Notes: generated by a model not told the origin, from the sequence alone. A DNA stretch of 64,000 nt from Octopus vulgaris (GCA_951406725.2 OX597820.1:102610001-102674000); one strand, 5' to 3'. Shown: positions 41,454 through 55,113, numbered from the stretch's first letter. Numbers and translations: made by a program.

Positions 41454-41479
41454 AGACAAAAAATGTTAACTCTCTACGT

Positions 41480-41700
41480 AAAAGAGTATATATGGCTCTG
41501 GATGATTTATTATTTTCCACCTGATATGACACGGGGTCCCTTGATCTTTTAGGTGCCACACATGGTGGGCCAGGGACTAACAAACCGTCTTTTTGGGATT
41601 CTGGGGGATGACTGGTGGTTGCGGAAGCGACGTTTGAAACATGCACTGGCCACTCCGATATATTTACAAACTTGGGATGTGGCTATATTCGCACTCCTGG
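41480..41700 (-). pseudogene. Penelope GIY-YIG endonuclease remnant
   Basis: KYIGVASACFKRRFRNHQSS...(frameshift)LAHHVWHLKDQGTPCHIRWKIINHPEPY matches the PLE endonuclease pattern YIG...FK.R..NH...L..H.W.LK...I.W.I. Confidence 0.85.
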
Positions 41701-41968
41701 TATAACTCTGATAGGCTCCGGGCCTGGGATGCTGTTGGTAACAACATTACTGACGCAGTCGATATGGCGCAATGATCCGGCGGTGTTATCACCGTGGTTA
41801 TTACTACTAGTCATATGGTTGACGATGTATCTACCGGTGGTAGTGCGGGTGCGCCAGATGGTAACATATCGTGCGGGGCCGGTCATCCCATTGGTGCTGA
41901 TGATAATTGTTTGGTCATCATCTCTAGGTATTACGATTGTACTGGTGGTAATATATGGGGGTAATATA

Positions 41969-42202
41969 AAGCGGCGAGCAATCAGAAACGTTAGCACACC
42001 GGGCGATATACTTTTCTGCATTTCGCCTGCCGTTATGTTCTGAGTTCAAATTCCGCCGAGGTCGACTTTGCCTTTTATCCTTTCGGGGTCGATAAATTAA
42101 GTACCAGTTACGCACTGGGGTCAATATAATCGACTTAATCCGTTTGTCTGTCCTTGTTTGTCCTCTCTGTGTTTAGGCCCCTTTGGGGGGTAAAGAAATA
42201 GA
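41969..42202 (+). mobile_element. SINE family D inserted into the Penelope remnant
   Basis: Full head-to-tail copy; TAATATA on both sides (41962-41968, 42203-42209) as a possible TSD. Confidence 0.9.
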
Positions 42203-42447
42203 TAATATATGGTGCGGGGGCTGGTCATTCTACCTGTGTTTATGACCCTGGTTTGTTCATCATCTCTAGCAGTGGTACTGGGGGTCGTCGGTTACGTTCT
42301 CTGTGACGCCGGCCCCGGACTGTTTCCATCTCCGGTTGTGGTGATTGTATTGGCGTGAGATCTTGTTAATCTGCTAACTTTGTTGTTGGATGGTACATTG
42401 CTGGCAATCCGGTTAGCAGGTCTAGGTGTCACCGTATCTTCATAAAT

Positions 42448-42565
42448 GGGGAGAGTTTACGAAAAAAATTAAAGACGTAGACAGGTGGTGTGCAAAACAA
42501 ACAGAGGTATTAGTATAACGCTCAGGAATAGTAAAAAGTATAACGCTCAGGAATAGAAAAGTATC
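42448..42565 (-). mobile_element. Family B fragment
   Basis: GGGAGAGTTTACG...GACAGGTGGTGT...GTATTAGTATAACGCTCAGGAA matches 56203-56290. Confidence 0.65.
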
Positions 42566-42695
42566 TTCATATATGACTCTTTCAGTCTTGCATTGGTCTC
42601 CTACTGGACAGTTATTATATACCCTTCAAGAACAACCTGCCTCATCCCTTGTATTGTGGGTACTTCTTAAAATGGTTTTTCATGTTAAGTGCACA

Positions 42696-42785
42696 TCTAA
42701 AGGAGAACTGTTCACAAGGCTTTGGCTTTGTGGATACCAAACCGCTGGTAACTCTCTGTCCCAAATTTAAATTTGTGTTTTAATA
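42696..42785 (+). repeat. Inverted, degenerate copy of the pLTR/hammerhead at 41364-41453
   Basis: CTGTTCACAAGGCTTTGGCTTTGTGGATACCAAACCGCTGGTAACTCTCTGTCCCAAATTT aligns to the reverse complement of 41375-41440. Confidence 0.7.
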
Positions 42786-42926
42786 ATTACTGCTCAATTA
42801 TTTTGAGTATGCTTCTTTTCTCATATATGTTTTAATGGTTACATATGAATATATATGTGTGTGTGTGTGTGTGTATTGTACATATGTATATATGTATATA
42901 TACATATAGAGAAGGACACACATATC

Positions 42927-42984
<58 letters not shown>

Positions 42985-42985
<1 letters not shown>

Positions 42986-43172
42986 TCTTTTATTCTTATA
43001 TTATTTTACTTCTTTCGGTTATTTCACCGCGGCCATGCTGGAGCACCGCCTTAAAAGGTTTCAGTTGAAGAAATCGACCCCAGGACTTATTCTTTATAAG
43101 ATTAGTACTTTTTTCTTCGATTGATTTTGCCGAACCGCTAAGTACGGGGCCGTAAATTCACTAACATCAATT
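42985..43172 (-). mobile_element. SINE family A, 3' fragment
   Basis: GCGGCCATGCTGGAGCACCGCC...ATCGACCCCAGGACTTATTC...GCCGAACCGCTAAG. Confidence 0.8.
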
Positions 43173-43219
43173 GTATATATGTCTGACGGAGCATTATTAG
43201 ACACCGTGTGTTGACCTAA

Positions 43220-44406
43220 TTTGTCCTCTCAGTAACGAAGACACGCAAACATTTTCAGCTAAATTGAAAACTTTGATCCGATATCAAAATCAACAAAGAA
43301 GACATTCACTGATTTGTTTGAAAGCTGGCCAGATTAAACTTACATCAATATACGGATTTGAAACTGCATTTAATTAAAATAACGATGCATATAAACGCCT
43401 GTACCTGATAATATGTTGACAGTATTCTGAGCAAAAATCTCTTTGAAGTTTCTCTGAGACAAAATATACGCCTAACGTGGTTCTAGTCTTGTATATACTA
43501 TCTACAAACATAAATACCGCACACACACACCCACACACACTTTTTCAAATAAAGTGTTGTACATTTTGAATTAAAATTTCAGAAAATCACGCCTTCTGCA
43601 ATCAAAAAGACATAGAAACCATGAAACATCTCTGCAGATGTGTTTAAAAAGGAAGGTTTCGCACTAACATTCATTCTTTGTTATTAAAATTTTGTAGTTG
43701 CATGGCGTTCTGCCAAGAACACGTGCAAAACGTATCTTCGTACAAAATTCTGCTAAATAAGTCGAATTATTCGTCCAGGATTATGCAGCCCAAGTATCGT
43801 TTTTGGTTTAGATATTAGCAATGAAATCATGTAAAGCATTTATAGCAGATCACCATTTTAAACCTGTCGAGCCGTGTTCCCGCTCTAGCGGTAATAGCTT
43901 AAATCCATCTCAGCCGGACTCCTGCTAATGCGATAATGAACAGCACAAGTAGAAAAAGAAGATAAAATACAAAAATTAGACAACTGGTCATGGTGCAGCT
44001 TTGTAATCAAGTGTGTTTATGGCTCGTTACCAATGGCGTAAACAGATGTTTGCTTTTGTTTTTAATCAAAAAAGAAAACGATTTTGCGAGGAAACAAGCT
44101 TGTGAAGAAACGCAGAACTCCATCTTGTAAGCGAGCAAAGGACTAGACTCTTTGCAATTACGAAAACTATTGATGATAATTATTCTTCAGACGAAGTGAA
44201 TCGGAGAATGAAACTGGTGAAAGTGATGAGGAAATTTGTGATTAGGTGAACAAATGCAGTAGCTGCAGGATATGCTTATTATTGTTATCTTCCTGAATGT
44301 TTTTTGTGATTCTGCCCATTGGTTTTCCTGCAATCATTACTCTTGAGTTGTATATGCAATTTGCTTTTTGCTCAGTCGCACAGGTGCCCAAATCTGAGAG
44401 GGTTAA
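43220..44406. mobile_element. Possible decayed piggyBac-type element
   Basis: Right end CTGAGAGGG|TTAA (44394-44406); left TTGTCCTCTCAG (~43221) is a degenerate inverted match; no intact ORF. Confidence 0.35.
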
Positions 44407-45170
44407 AGCATTAAGAATACCATTTTAAAAGCGAGGGGGTCAATATCTGTGACTGTAAAACAAACAGAGATTTTGTTGAATGAAATTCGAATGCCGTGAA
44501 GATTAAAAGCAACCTGCCGTGTCAGACTAATTGCCCTTCAATGACTGCAGCGTATTGGCGTATTCAAGTAAAGCGAAAATGCACTCGAGTGGAATAATAC
44601 AAAGTAGAACCATCATTATTGAGAAGGTATGTAGTAATTATTTTCTTATTAATTCAAGTCATTGTAATCAATTTAGATAATTTTAAAACTGCAAAAGAAT
44701 AAAACTAAGAAGATTTATTGATGAATTTTATTAAACCTAAATTCTCTTGCCTTACAAATAAGAAGTCATAATAACTGAATTACATTGCGGGAGGAATTAA
44801 AAATTACACACAAATCGCAAATTCTTATGTAAAGTAATCGCCTGCAGAACTACGTTTATATCCTAAGAGGATATCAATTTTGAAACTACTTATACGCTCT
44901 AAAGATTAGAAAGGAAAATGCGAGGTATATCAGAAAGTAATATCAAATAGTAATTGCATTAGTTTCTGACTCATACATTATTACATCGAAATGTGTTTCG
45001 TAGTTTCATGTTCTAATATTAATTAATTTGAGATATCAAATGAGATAAACACACCACATCGAACTACCGTAGTAGCAAAATCTTCCTTAAAACTTTGCCT
45101 AGCAGACCCATTTGGTGCCATAGTTGTATTTAGCCCCAGTGTTCTGATTTTATTATTAATAATTCGTTCA

Positions 45171-45488
45171 AGGCGGAGTCGTTAGCACGCCGGGCAAAAT
45201 GCTTAGCGGTATTTCGTCTGCCGCTACGTTTTGAGTTCAAATTCTGCCGAGGTCGACTTTGCCTTTCATCCTTTCGGAGTCGATTAAATAAGTACCAGTT
45301 ACGCACTGGGGTCGATATAATCGTCTTAATCTGTTTTTCTGTCCTTGTTTGTCCTCTCTGCGTTTAGCTCCTTGTGGGTACTAAAGAAATATATATTTCG
45401 TCTGCCGCTACGTTCTGAGTTCAAATTCCGCCGAGGTCGACTTTGCCTTTCATCCTTTCGGGGTCGATAAATTAAGTAGAAAGGAATA
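45171..45488 (+). mobile_element. SINE family D with tandem partial duplication
   Basis: ATTTCGTCTGCCGCTACGTT...GTCGAT...AAGTA occurs at both ~45211 and ~45395. Confidence 0.88.
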
Positions 45489-47837
45489 TTAATTATTCGT
45501 TTTTTAAATAGATGTTTTAACCATATATCTGTTCTAGTTTACTATATAGTCTACCATACTGATTTTTAGCATTCGTACCAACAGTGACACCCGTTGTGCA
45601 GAATACATATTCATTTTGTACTGCATGAATTACCGATGATACACACCTTAAAAAGTATTAAAATGTCCACCGTACCTCAGTTCATGATCTGTTTTCTACA
45701 GAATATATTTCAGATTATGTAATATAAGCCTTACTGACTTCTTTTCACAAAAAGTATACTATGGTTGGACTGCGAGCCAATGTGGGAGATGACAGATACT
45801 TGCATTCTTCTTGCCGGGTCATGTCTCGGCATATATCGATTCAAATTGAAAACCATCCGAGAAATACAATGAATCGTGTTCGGGACATTCCTTAAAATGT
45901 GAATAATGTAATGTGAACCAGAGTAATGTAAGGTTCCATAGAAAGCATTATCATTAGGAGTCACCAGTGTCTCCCACGGTAGGCAAAGTGTTAAATCATA
46001 TCGCACTGCCTATGGACAAGGCAAGACTCATTAAATGATGTTATGTGGGATACTCTAAAAAGATGGAATGATCGTGAATGAAACGTTTTTGATTACAGGT
46101 CTGCTCAGTCAATGCTTACCTGGGGCTATATAAACAACAACTGAAAGAATTCAATAAAACCCACTCTTTTGCAACGTAACACATCATTACTGTTCCCATT
46201 AGTGTTTCTGTTTTGTTTGCTTCCTTCATTAGAATGTTATATAGCAATGTTGTGACAGTGCAAAATTTTAATTGATGGCTACATCGACATTAAAACAACT
46301 TAAATAAATATATTAACTCAGAAAATTTACATCCTTCTTCCAAAGCAAAATTTTGTGTGATTAAAGAGAAAAAAAAGCTGGATTCATGTGGTTACTGTCT
46401 ACTTATTATTTTCAAAATATTGAAATTAAGCACCAGTGTGAATAATATATGTAGTTTGATATTGATATATCTTGCTATGAAACATAATGTTAAGTAGGTT
46501 GAAAAAGTATCTACACACTATTCTCGTTCTGTTTATAGCACTTTTCGGGCCCTCAGTACTATCTTTGATGAAGATATCAAAATAAATAAAAGGCTTGTTG
46601 AACTGCAATGACAACAAAACCGATAATCTCTGAAGCTTAAAAAAAATAACGAAAGAAGGTATTAGCAAGTTTTGAAGTAGGCGACTTGAAAGGGAACCTT
46701 GAATGTTGTTGACAATACTATATAGTTATACGAGATGTTATTTCAGTAACTTAAATATTTAAAATTAATCAAACACTTCCAGTATGAATTTGTAGATATT
46801 TTCCCTTGAAATTGCAAGATGGAAATTTGGAGTGGATGCGTTGCTAGAGAAACTGAAAGATGAGCAGATTATGTGTACGAATATAGGATTTACATCATGT
46901 TGGTATGTTCGGTCGAACAGTTTTACGCAGAACGTTGTATTTGGTCGAATCGATATACTGTCGCTTTATCGACATATTTCTTATTCGAGATAAGAATATA
47001 CTTAACTACTGCTGTGTAAAATACATGATTATTTTAAGTTCCTTAAAACGACACCCCTAAAAATAAAGCCCTCTCTCTAATCAAAAGAAAAAATATCATC
47101 GATTTACCAAGTGCTAATTAAGCATCGAGAATACTTTTACGTGATTACTCGATCTGCTTTGAGATAAGACTGAAATTTATTGATCTTAACTGGTCCAAAG
47201 CTCAACAAAAACAACAACGACGACGATAGCGATAATGCCCACCACATGACAACACATTGAAATACCACATTATAAATACCTATTATCAGCGATAATAGTA
47301 AAACGAAATGAAAATTATCGAAAGGAACAGAAAAAATTAACGGATTAGGTGGCACCGATAAAAATCTTCTCTTGTCTACTGCTTTCGAGAAAGCATAAGT
47401 ACCTACTTCCGGAAACCGTAAAATAAATTAGATCAAAGATTTAGCTCAACCAAGGACTGAAGAATTAATAACCATTCAGCGGCGTAGAGCTCGCACAAAT
47501 AAAATATTTCGAAAATCCCGTACATTCTGTTGTGATGCTTTTATTATCGCTGAAAACTATATAATGAGTTAAAATGTGTGAAGTAGACTATAGCAAACAC
47601 TTCTCAACCCATGCTACAAATCTTCATTCATTTCTGTCCAACTGATTTATTTAACTATGATGGTGTTTATTGTTTTACACTTGACTTTAGCAGTTTCATA
47701 AATGCTTAGCAGTTGACTGAGGTACTTTTCTTATTTTGTATCTATTTCAAATATACATATTATTCCTTTAATCATTAAAACAATAAGAAGGTTTGAAATT
47801 TGAGATCGTTGCTTTTCATTTTGTGAGACATAGCATA

Positions 47838-48320
47838 GACATATCTGTGTGATTAAGAAGTTCGCTGCTAAACCATGTGGTTTCAAATTCAGATCTACTG
47901 CGCAGAGCTTTGATCAAGTATTTCTCGTATTGCCTCGGGACGGCCAACGTTTTGTTTCTGAATTTGGTTGACGGAAACTGAGAAATCAGTCCGTTTGTAT
48001 GCATGTATGTATGTATGTATGTATGTATGTATGTATGTATGTATGTATGTATGTATGTATGTATGTATGTATGCATGCATGCATGTATGTATGTATGTAT
48101 GTATGTATGTGTGTGTGTGTGTGCATGTATATTTCTTTGTGTTTGTGTTTTTCTCCCAACTGGTTTATACCCGATGTTGGTTCCTTTTCAACCCGGTGAC
48201 CTATCAGTTCGGCAAAAAATTGATAGCGTACCAATACAAAACATAAAAGAGGTACTCGGGTGTTTATTCTGCAATACGGTTCTCCAGTGTGACCGCAACG
48301 AATGACTGAAGCAGGTGACA
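47838..48320 (+). mobile_element. SINE family A, old diverged copy
   Basis: AACCATGTGGTTTCAAATTCAG head, GAATTTGGTTGACGGAAACTG, internal (TATG)n, GAATGACTGAAGCAGGT tail. Confidence 0.65.
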
Positions 48321-49020
48321 AAACTGCGTAATATCAATTGTCTGAACATAATATTGGCACACTTTCCGGAACAGTTCATATGGGAGTCACTACCAGAATG
48401 CTTATACTCTCATTAAGACACTTAGTCGTCTTAAATGACCGGTAATATGTCGTATGAATTAATCATTGCTATATATCTGAGTCTTTGCGATTTAATTCAC
48501 CGTAAAATTGCTACAGCTGATGTGTGCGCTGCCAGTTTTTGTGTATTTATTTTCTGCTAGATATAACAAACACTAAAGAAATAAAGAAGGCTTTGTTTCC
48601 GGAATAAAACACAAATGCGCTTTCGTAAAGTGTTCCGCTTCTTGACCCAAATAAAATACAACTCACTTGTAATGAAATGGAAACTCTTACATTGCATGCA
48701 ATTATTTAGGAAATGCCAAAGCTAGGGACAATAGCCATTAAATAGATACCAGTAAAACAGCAGTTTCATTGACATAAGTAGAACATCCAGTTACACGTTT
48801 CACAAATCAGCTTTATATACTGCATTTAAATATATTTACTCTCTCCCTCCATGTCTCTCTTCTTACTGATATTCCACTCACATACATACATACATACATG
48901 CATACACACACACATACATACATGAATGCATGCATACTTACATATATACGTGTCTGCATATGTACCATATATATATTTATCGAGAGAGATAGAGAGAGTA
49001 AAGACTAAAGAGAGAGAGAC

Positions 49021-49438
49021 AGTAAAGATTATTTGCCAACATAGCGTGGCAGTCCTGGTTAGAACGAATGCTACTGCTGTTGCTATTTAGCCCCAGGAAA
49101 CATCGTCTCCAACTGGCTATACGACACACTATCTGTGTCCTTACATTTTCGAACAAGGGAGCTTAGCATCCCCACCACTCAGCACAAAATAATATCCGTT
49201 TATCGCGATTTCTAGGTTATTTCTCTTCATCAGCACAGAATAACTGTTCGGTTAGAAGAGGCTCTGCTAAATTCTTATTTAAGATATAGTTTTCAATGTG
49301 ACACACAGTCACTGATCTAATAAAATAGAAAATTACTATTTGTAAATCTCACAAAGAAAGACATTTTGTGACTGTAATCTAGAGAAAAGATGCGTCCTAA
49401 CCAGGACTTCCATGTCAGCTCGGCAAATAATCTTTACT
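49021..49438. repeat. Element with ~50 bp terminal inverted repeats and an internal hammerhead-like remnant
   Basis: AGTAAAGATTATTTGCC...GTCCTGGTTAGAACG vs CGTCCTAACCAGGAC...GGCAAATAATCTTTACT; minus-strand CTGATGA at ~49227-49233. Confidence 0.7.
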
Positions 49439-49508
49439 CCAGAGTACTGTTACTGAATATCTCCGTTGAGAAATTTACAAATAGTAATTCATACATACAT
49501 ACATACAT

Positions 49509-49684
49509 AGTTGAAATTTACAGAAAAACAGGTGTATAAACAACAAGCAGGTGTATTAGTTTGAAGCTCGGAACGGTGAGAAAATATTTTACCTTTCGAG
49601 CCTACGCTCTTCAACAGAAAGGAACACGAGGGAATAAACAGAGAATAAAAAGAGAGAGAATAAAAGAACTTGCGGATGAATGGA

Positions 49685-49685
<1 letters not shown>
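49509..49685 (-). mobile_element. Family B short element with hammerhead-like motif
   Basis: Minus strand TTT-CTGTTGA-A-GAGC-GTAG-GCTC-GAAAGGTA-AAA; between (CATA)n and (TA)n. Confidence 0.7.
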
Positions 49686-49719
<34 letters not shown>

Positions 49720-49844
49720 TTCTGTAATAGTTAGAGGTTGAGCAACCAACTAAGGGGCAGTAACTATCCAAAATACTGATGGTAGTAGTGAACGCAATTA
49801 TTCATATCCGAATGCTAGTTATTGCATGGCAATCTCTCTATTTA

Positions 49845-50712
49845 TTAAAATATATTGGATGAATACACACATGCATGAGTGGTACTTATTAGCGAGTAGA
49901 AAATAAATAATGGTGTGAATACATATAAGTATATAGAAACAAGTGAGCAAAGTGTCGAAAAACTAAATGGGTGTAAAGGTGCTAGTTCCTACGGCCGTTT
50001 CTGCCAAGAGGCAACGAAATCTTCCTGGTTATCTACATCTCTTCAGTGTTATGCAAGGATGAACAGACAACACTGGGATAATGTTTGTGTCCCTAGGCTT
50101 CTTCAGAGGGTCTAAGTGGTCGGGGGGGGGGGCTAACACATATAAAAGTCAGTTAAGAATAGCTAATGTGTGTTTATCCTTTTAAATAGAGCAGAATAAG
50201 AATAAGGATAACATAGATCATATAATATATTACGGGAAGTCTGTACCTTATTTCCCCTTGTTATGCTCACATCATTGTACTATGCTGTATTTAACTTATA
50301 TTCTTGAGTTTGCTCTTACTCTTATCCTTATACTTATTCTTATTCTACTCTATTTAAAAGGATAAAGTTAAAAGATAAACACACCTTAAATATTCTTAAC
50401 TGACTTTTATATCTGTTAACCCCACCCAAACCACTTAGACCCTCTGAAAAAGCCTAGGCGCACATACATTATCCAAGTTTTGTCTGCTCATCCCTGAAGA
50501 GATAGAGTTAACTGGAAGATTTCGTTGCTTTTTGGCAGAAACGGCCGTAAGGGACAAGTACCTGCACACGTATTTAGTTTTTCACTAACTTGTTCACCTC
50601 TTTCTACACGCTCGTATGTATTCACACCCTTGTTTATGCAGTTACCAGATTTTTTGCACTGGCTAAACTGAACCACTCATACATGTGTGTATATTTATCC
50701 AATATATTTGAA
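49845..50712. repeat. Large imperfect palindrome (~370 bp arms), Penelope inverted-pLTR-like
   Basis: 49845-50212 vs reverse complement of 50325-50712; both arms carry CTGAAGA...GGCAGAAACGGCCGTA with palindromic ACGGCCGT. Confidence 0.85.
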
Positions 50713-50782
50713 TAAATAAACATACTGGAATGTTTATCGGCTGATGTCTGTCGATTTTATATCCTCTTCGTTTTCTTATTTG

Positions 50783-50835
<53 letters not shown>

Positions 50836-50920
50836 CATACACACACACAAAAGATATATATGAACATTTATATGGATATTTAAATCCAGCCATTTAAACA
50901 TACAAACAACACATGTGATA

Positions 50921-50963
<43 letters not shown>

Positions 50964-51079
50964 GCCGGCATACATACATTTATATTTTGTATGTGAGCGC
51001 GTCGGAAAATCTGAGTGCGCATCTGTATCTGCATAAGTGCGTGCATGCATGTTTGTAATGTATATGCTACTCCATATTT

Positions 51080-51420
51080 ATCTACCTTCCAACCTACCTA
51101 CCTACTTACCTACCTACCTACCTACCTACCTACCTACCTACCTACCTACCTACCTACCTACCTACCTACCTACCTACCTACCTACCTACATACCTACCTA
51201 CCTACCTACCTAACTAACTAACTAACTACCTACCTACCTACCTACCTACCTACCTTACCTACTTACCTACCTACCTACCTACCTACCTACCTACCTACCT
51301 ACCTACCTACCTACCTACCTACCTACCTACCTACCTACCTACCTACCTACCTACCTACCTACATATCTACCTTCCTACTTACTTAATATTTGTCTGTCCG
51401 TCTGTCTATATATCTATCTA

Positions 51421-51451
<31 letters not shown>

Positions 51452-51508
51452 CTGTCTCTCTCTCTCTATCTGTCTGTCTGTCTGTCTGTCTATCTACCTG
51501 TCTTTCTG

Positions 51509-51584
<76 letters not shown>

Positions 51585-51707
51585 CATGTCTGTCTGTGAG
51601 TTCAGCTCTATCTCCATATTTCTCCTCTCTCTCTCACACACACATACACACACACAGACACACACACAGACACACACACACATACACACACACAGAAACA
51701 CACACAG

Positions 51708-51760
<53 letters not shown>
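51080..51760. repeat. Compound (CCTA)n-(TCTG)n-(TCTA)n-(CA)n microsatellite
   Basis: Seen directly. Confidence 0.95.
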
Positions 51761-51761
<1 letters not shown>

Positions 51762-52386
51762 CTTTTAAGATTTGCTAGCATGGTATTTGTATATTCGGAA
51801 TTTTAGATTGTTGTAAATTATGAATCACTTTATTATCCGTAAATCTCGGACAAATTATATTCATAGTCATTTCTCGCGCAAAGCCTATGATTTTTTTATC
51901 CGTTTTATGGATGTTTCCAGTAAACGAAATCTGTTTTCCTTTTTGTTTATGTTATGAAGTTTTCCACTTAAGCTAAAAGAGTTGTATTTGGACATTGAAC
52001 GCACAGATAAGTGTAGCTGGCATGCGAAAAATATCTGTTCAGTCATATATCCGATAAGAAAACAGAATATTCAATGTTATCAACACATACGTACACACGT
52101 GCATACTTATGCACACTCATGCACACATGGATATATTCGTATATGATTATCCCTTCTCAGTGTTAGATTATATTACTAGCGTGTTTAACAGCCATCCGTA
52201 ACTAGATGTTATCAAATGTTCTCCTACAATTCAGAATATACTATTTATCGGGTGCAATATACATTATTGCACGCAGCTTCAGAATATGTCCAAAACTAAT
52301 GATGCAAATGTTACTATTACTTTCCGAAGATTAGTTTACACATGCATGCACACACACATCTATATATACACACATATACATAAATA

Positions 52387-52476
<90 letters not shown>

Positions 52477-52559
52477 GGTCCCGGGTTGAGTCGGGGTTAA
52501 CCACAGTAAATAAGGTACTCAATACATAGCAGAGTAAATTAATTTATTTTATAGAAGGA

Positions 52560-52608
52560 GCTTCTGCAGGACTAGAACTGTTTCATTCAAATGAAATCAT
52601 CAGGAAGC
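52560..52608 (-). ncRNA. Hammerhead-like motif
   Basis: Minus strand GCTTC-CTGATGA-TTTCA-TT-TGAAT-GAAAC-AGTTCTA-GTC-CTGCA-GAAGC: canonical core, but stem I partner offset by 5 nt. Confidence 0.45.
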
Positions 52609-52885
52609 TTTGTGTCAAGAATAGTTTTGGCATTTATACATTTAGGCAGATTTAGGTGGTGGGGGACTTTCTGGGGTAGGCGTGGCGCAAACTGTCTTTC
52701 TTAGGGGAGTGGTCAAAAGAATCAGTGATAAAGTAGATAAATGAATAAATAGAATAATAGAATAGAGTTTTAGGTAAATAAGAAGACTATATGCAAGCAC
52801 ACGCACACATATATCTACACACATATATGTAAAAAAAGAATACACACACCCATACACACACACACTCATATATATACATACACAT

Positions 52886-52926
<41 letters not shown>

Positions 52927-53671
52927 TATACATATGTGTATACATGCACACATATACACACACATTTCCTTCCTTATTTTATTTTTATCTTTATTTTTAT
53001 TTTGACCTCGACCTACCCACCCGCCGACAAACATTTAGTGGCGCTGAAGTAGACCCTCCCGAGGGAGCAAGCCGGCCTAAAGGAAAACCGTTTATTGCCC
53101 ATCTCCCTTCCTTTCTATCTCTCTTCCCACGGATACGAACACAAACACTCACACACACACACACACTCCACACACACACACACACACACTCACACGCACA
53201 CTCATACACATACACAAACGCACATGTTCTATGTATACACATACATATACACACACAAGTACTCATGCTTATACATACATAAGTGTACCCACTTTCACAT
53301 AAACGTACACATAACTATGTACACACAAAACCACATATATAAATGTACTTCAGTACACATAAACACATATGAACATCTGCCCGCATATATAAACGCATAT
53401 GCCTATATACAGACATTTGTGCATATAAACATACATACGCATATATACGCATCCATACGCTTATAAATACACATATGCACACATGCACGCATACACGTGT
53501 ATATAAAAGCATACCTACATATACACACATATATATACATACATGCACGTATATACACATACGTACACGTACATACAAATACATATATACACACATACAC
53601 ATACATACATCTATACACATACAGAAATCTACAGTACTATATATATACACATATATATCTACACACACATA

Positions 53672-54559
53672 GGATCTTTTCAATTCTGAAGCCAGTTTTT
53701 TCAAATTTTTCCTACTGAACCAAACAATTTGAAACTTCGTATACTGGTAGAATGTGTCAAAAGTAAACTTAATTGTAAACCAGAATGAAAACGGAATTGT
53801 AACTTCTAAGTTTAACGCTGTTTAATAATTATAATTTTAACCAATGATATTCCGTCATTCGGCTTTATTTTATTTACTCCGTCTCGACCACCAATTTGGT
53901 GACGTATTAAACATCTTAAATGTAAACAAGCCGCATGTCTCCGTGAAATCTCCTTCTAATTATTTAACGTACTCATGTTTCCAGGATCCTATAGTCAGCC
54001 ACCTTCTAATAACAATATTTAAAACTAGTTAATAAGCCACATGTATTAAATTGAAAATGTTTCCATTCTGTTAGTACTTGCTTTCGTTTGCTATTAAGAA
54101 GTGGCATCTCAGTGACGAGGCTTCTAACAAGACTTCGTTTCTAAGCTAATGCGTTTCATTTCACTTATTGTATTTATTTGTGCAAAAGGCAAGATATTTA
54201 ATATTAAAAAAGCAAAGAGCTGGCAGAAACGTTAGCACGCCGGGCGAAATGCGTAGCCATATTTCGTCTGCCGTTACGTTCTGTGTTTGTTTACAGTTTT
54301 CCGAACGTTAGTACGTCACAAAAGCGCTTTCTACGTCACACTAATAGAATGCAGTCACGTTTTACACATGAAAACAAACAATCTGATTGGTTAAAATTCG
54401 CAGTTTTAATCTACGATTAAAGTCATAAAATAGATTTTTCTCAAATAAACTAGTTCCAACCTGTGTCTTGTTTTGCTAGACTCTATCAGCATACGAAGTT
54501 TCAGAATATTTAGTTAAGTAGAAAGATCTGTGGTCCTGGCTTCAGAATTGAAAAGATCC
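53672..54559. mobile_element. Non-autonomous DNA transposon (MITE-like) with perfect 24-bp TIRs
   Basis: GGATCTTTTCAATTCTGAAGCCAG (53672-53695) / CTGGCTTCAGAATTGAAAAGATCC (54536-54559), plus subterminal IR TGAAACTTCGTATACTGGTAGA / TCTATCAGCATACGAAGTTTCA; contains a family D head at ~54217-54283. Confidence 0.85.
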
Positions 54560-54564
54560 CACAG

Positions 54565-54570
54565 ATATAT

Positions 54571-54649
<79 letters not shown>

Positions 54650-54967
54650 CACATACACACACACACACATACACATACACATACGTATATACCTACATAT
54701 ACATACACATATATACTTACACCAATCATATACATACCTTCATACATATACATCCATATATATCTATACATATACATACATATATATAAATACATGCACA
54801 TACTAATACACGTACGCATATCTACGCACATGCACGCACACATATCTATCTACATATATAAGAAACTCAACAAGTCCATACATATACACACATACATATA
54901 CATATACGCGTACATACATACACATACATGTACACACATATCCCCATATATATGTACATCTATATAT

Positions 54968-55006
<39 letters not shown>

Positions 55007-55069
55007 CACACACACATAAACATACATACACTCACACAGAGGTATACAGGCATATACACACCTATCTAT

Positions 55070-55113
<44 letters not shown>

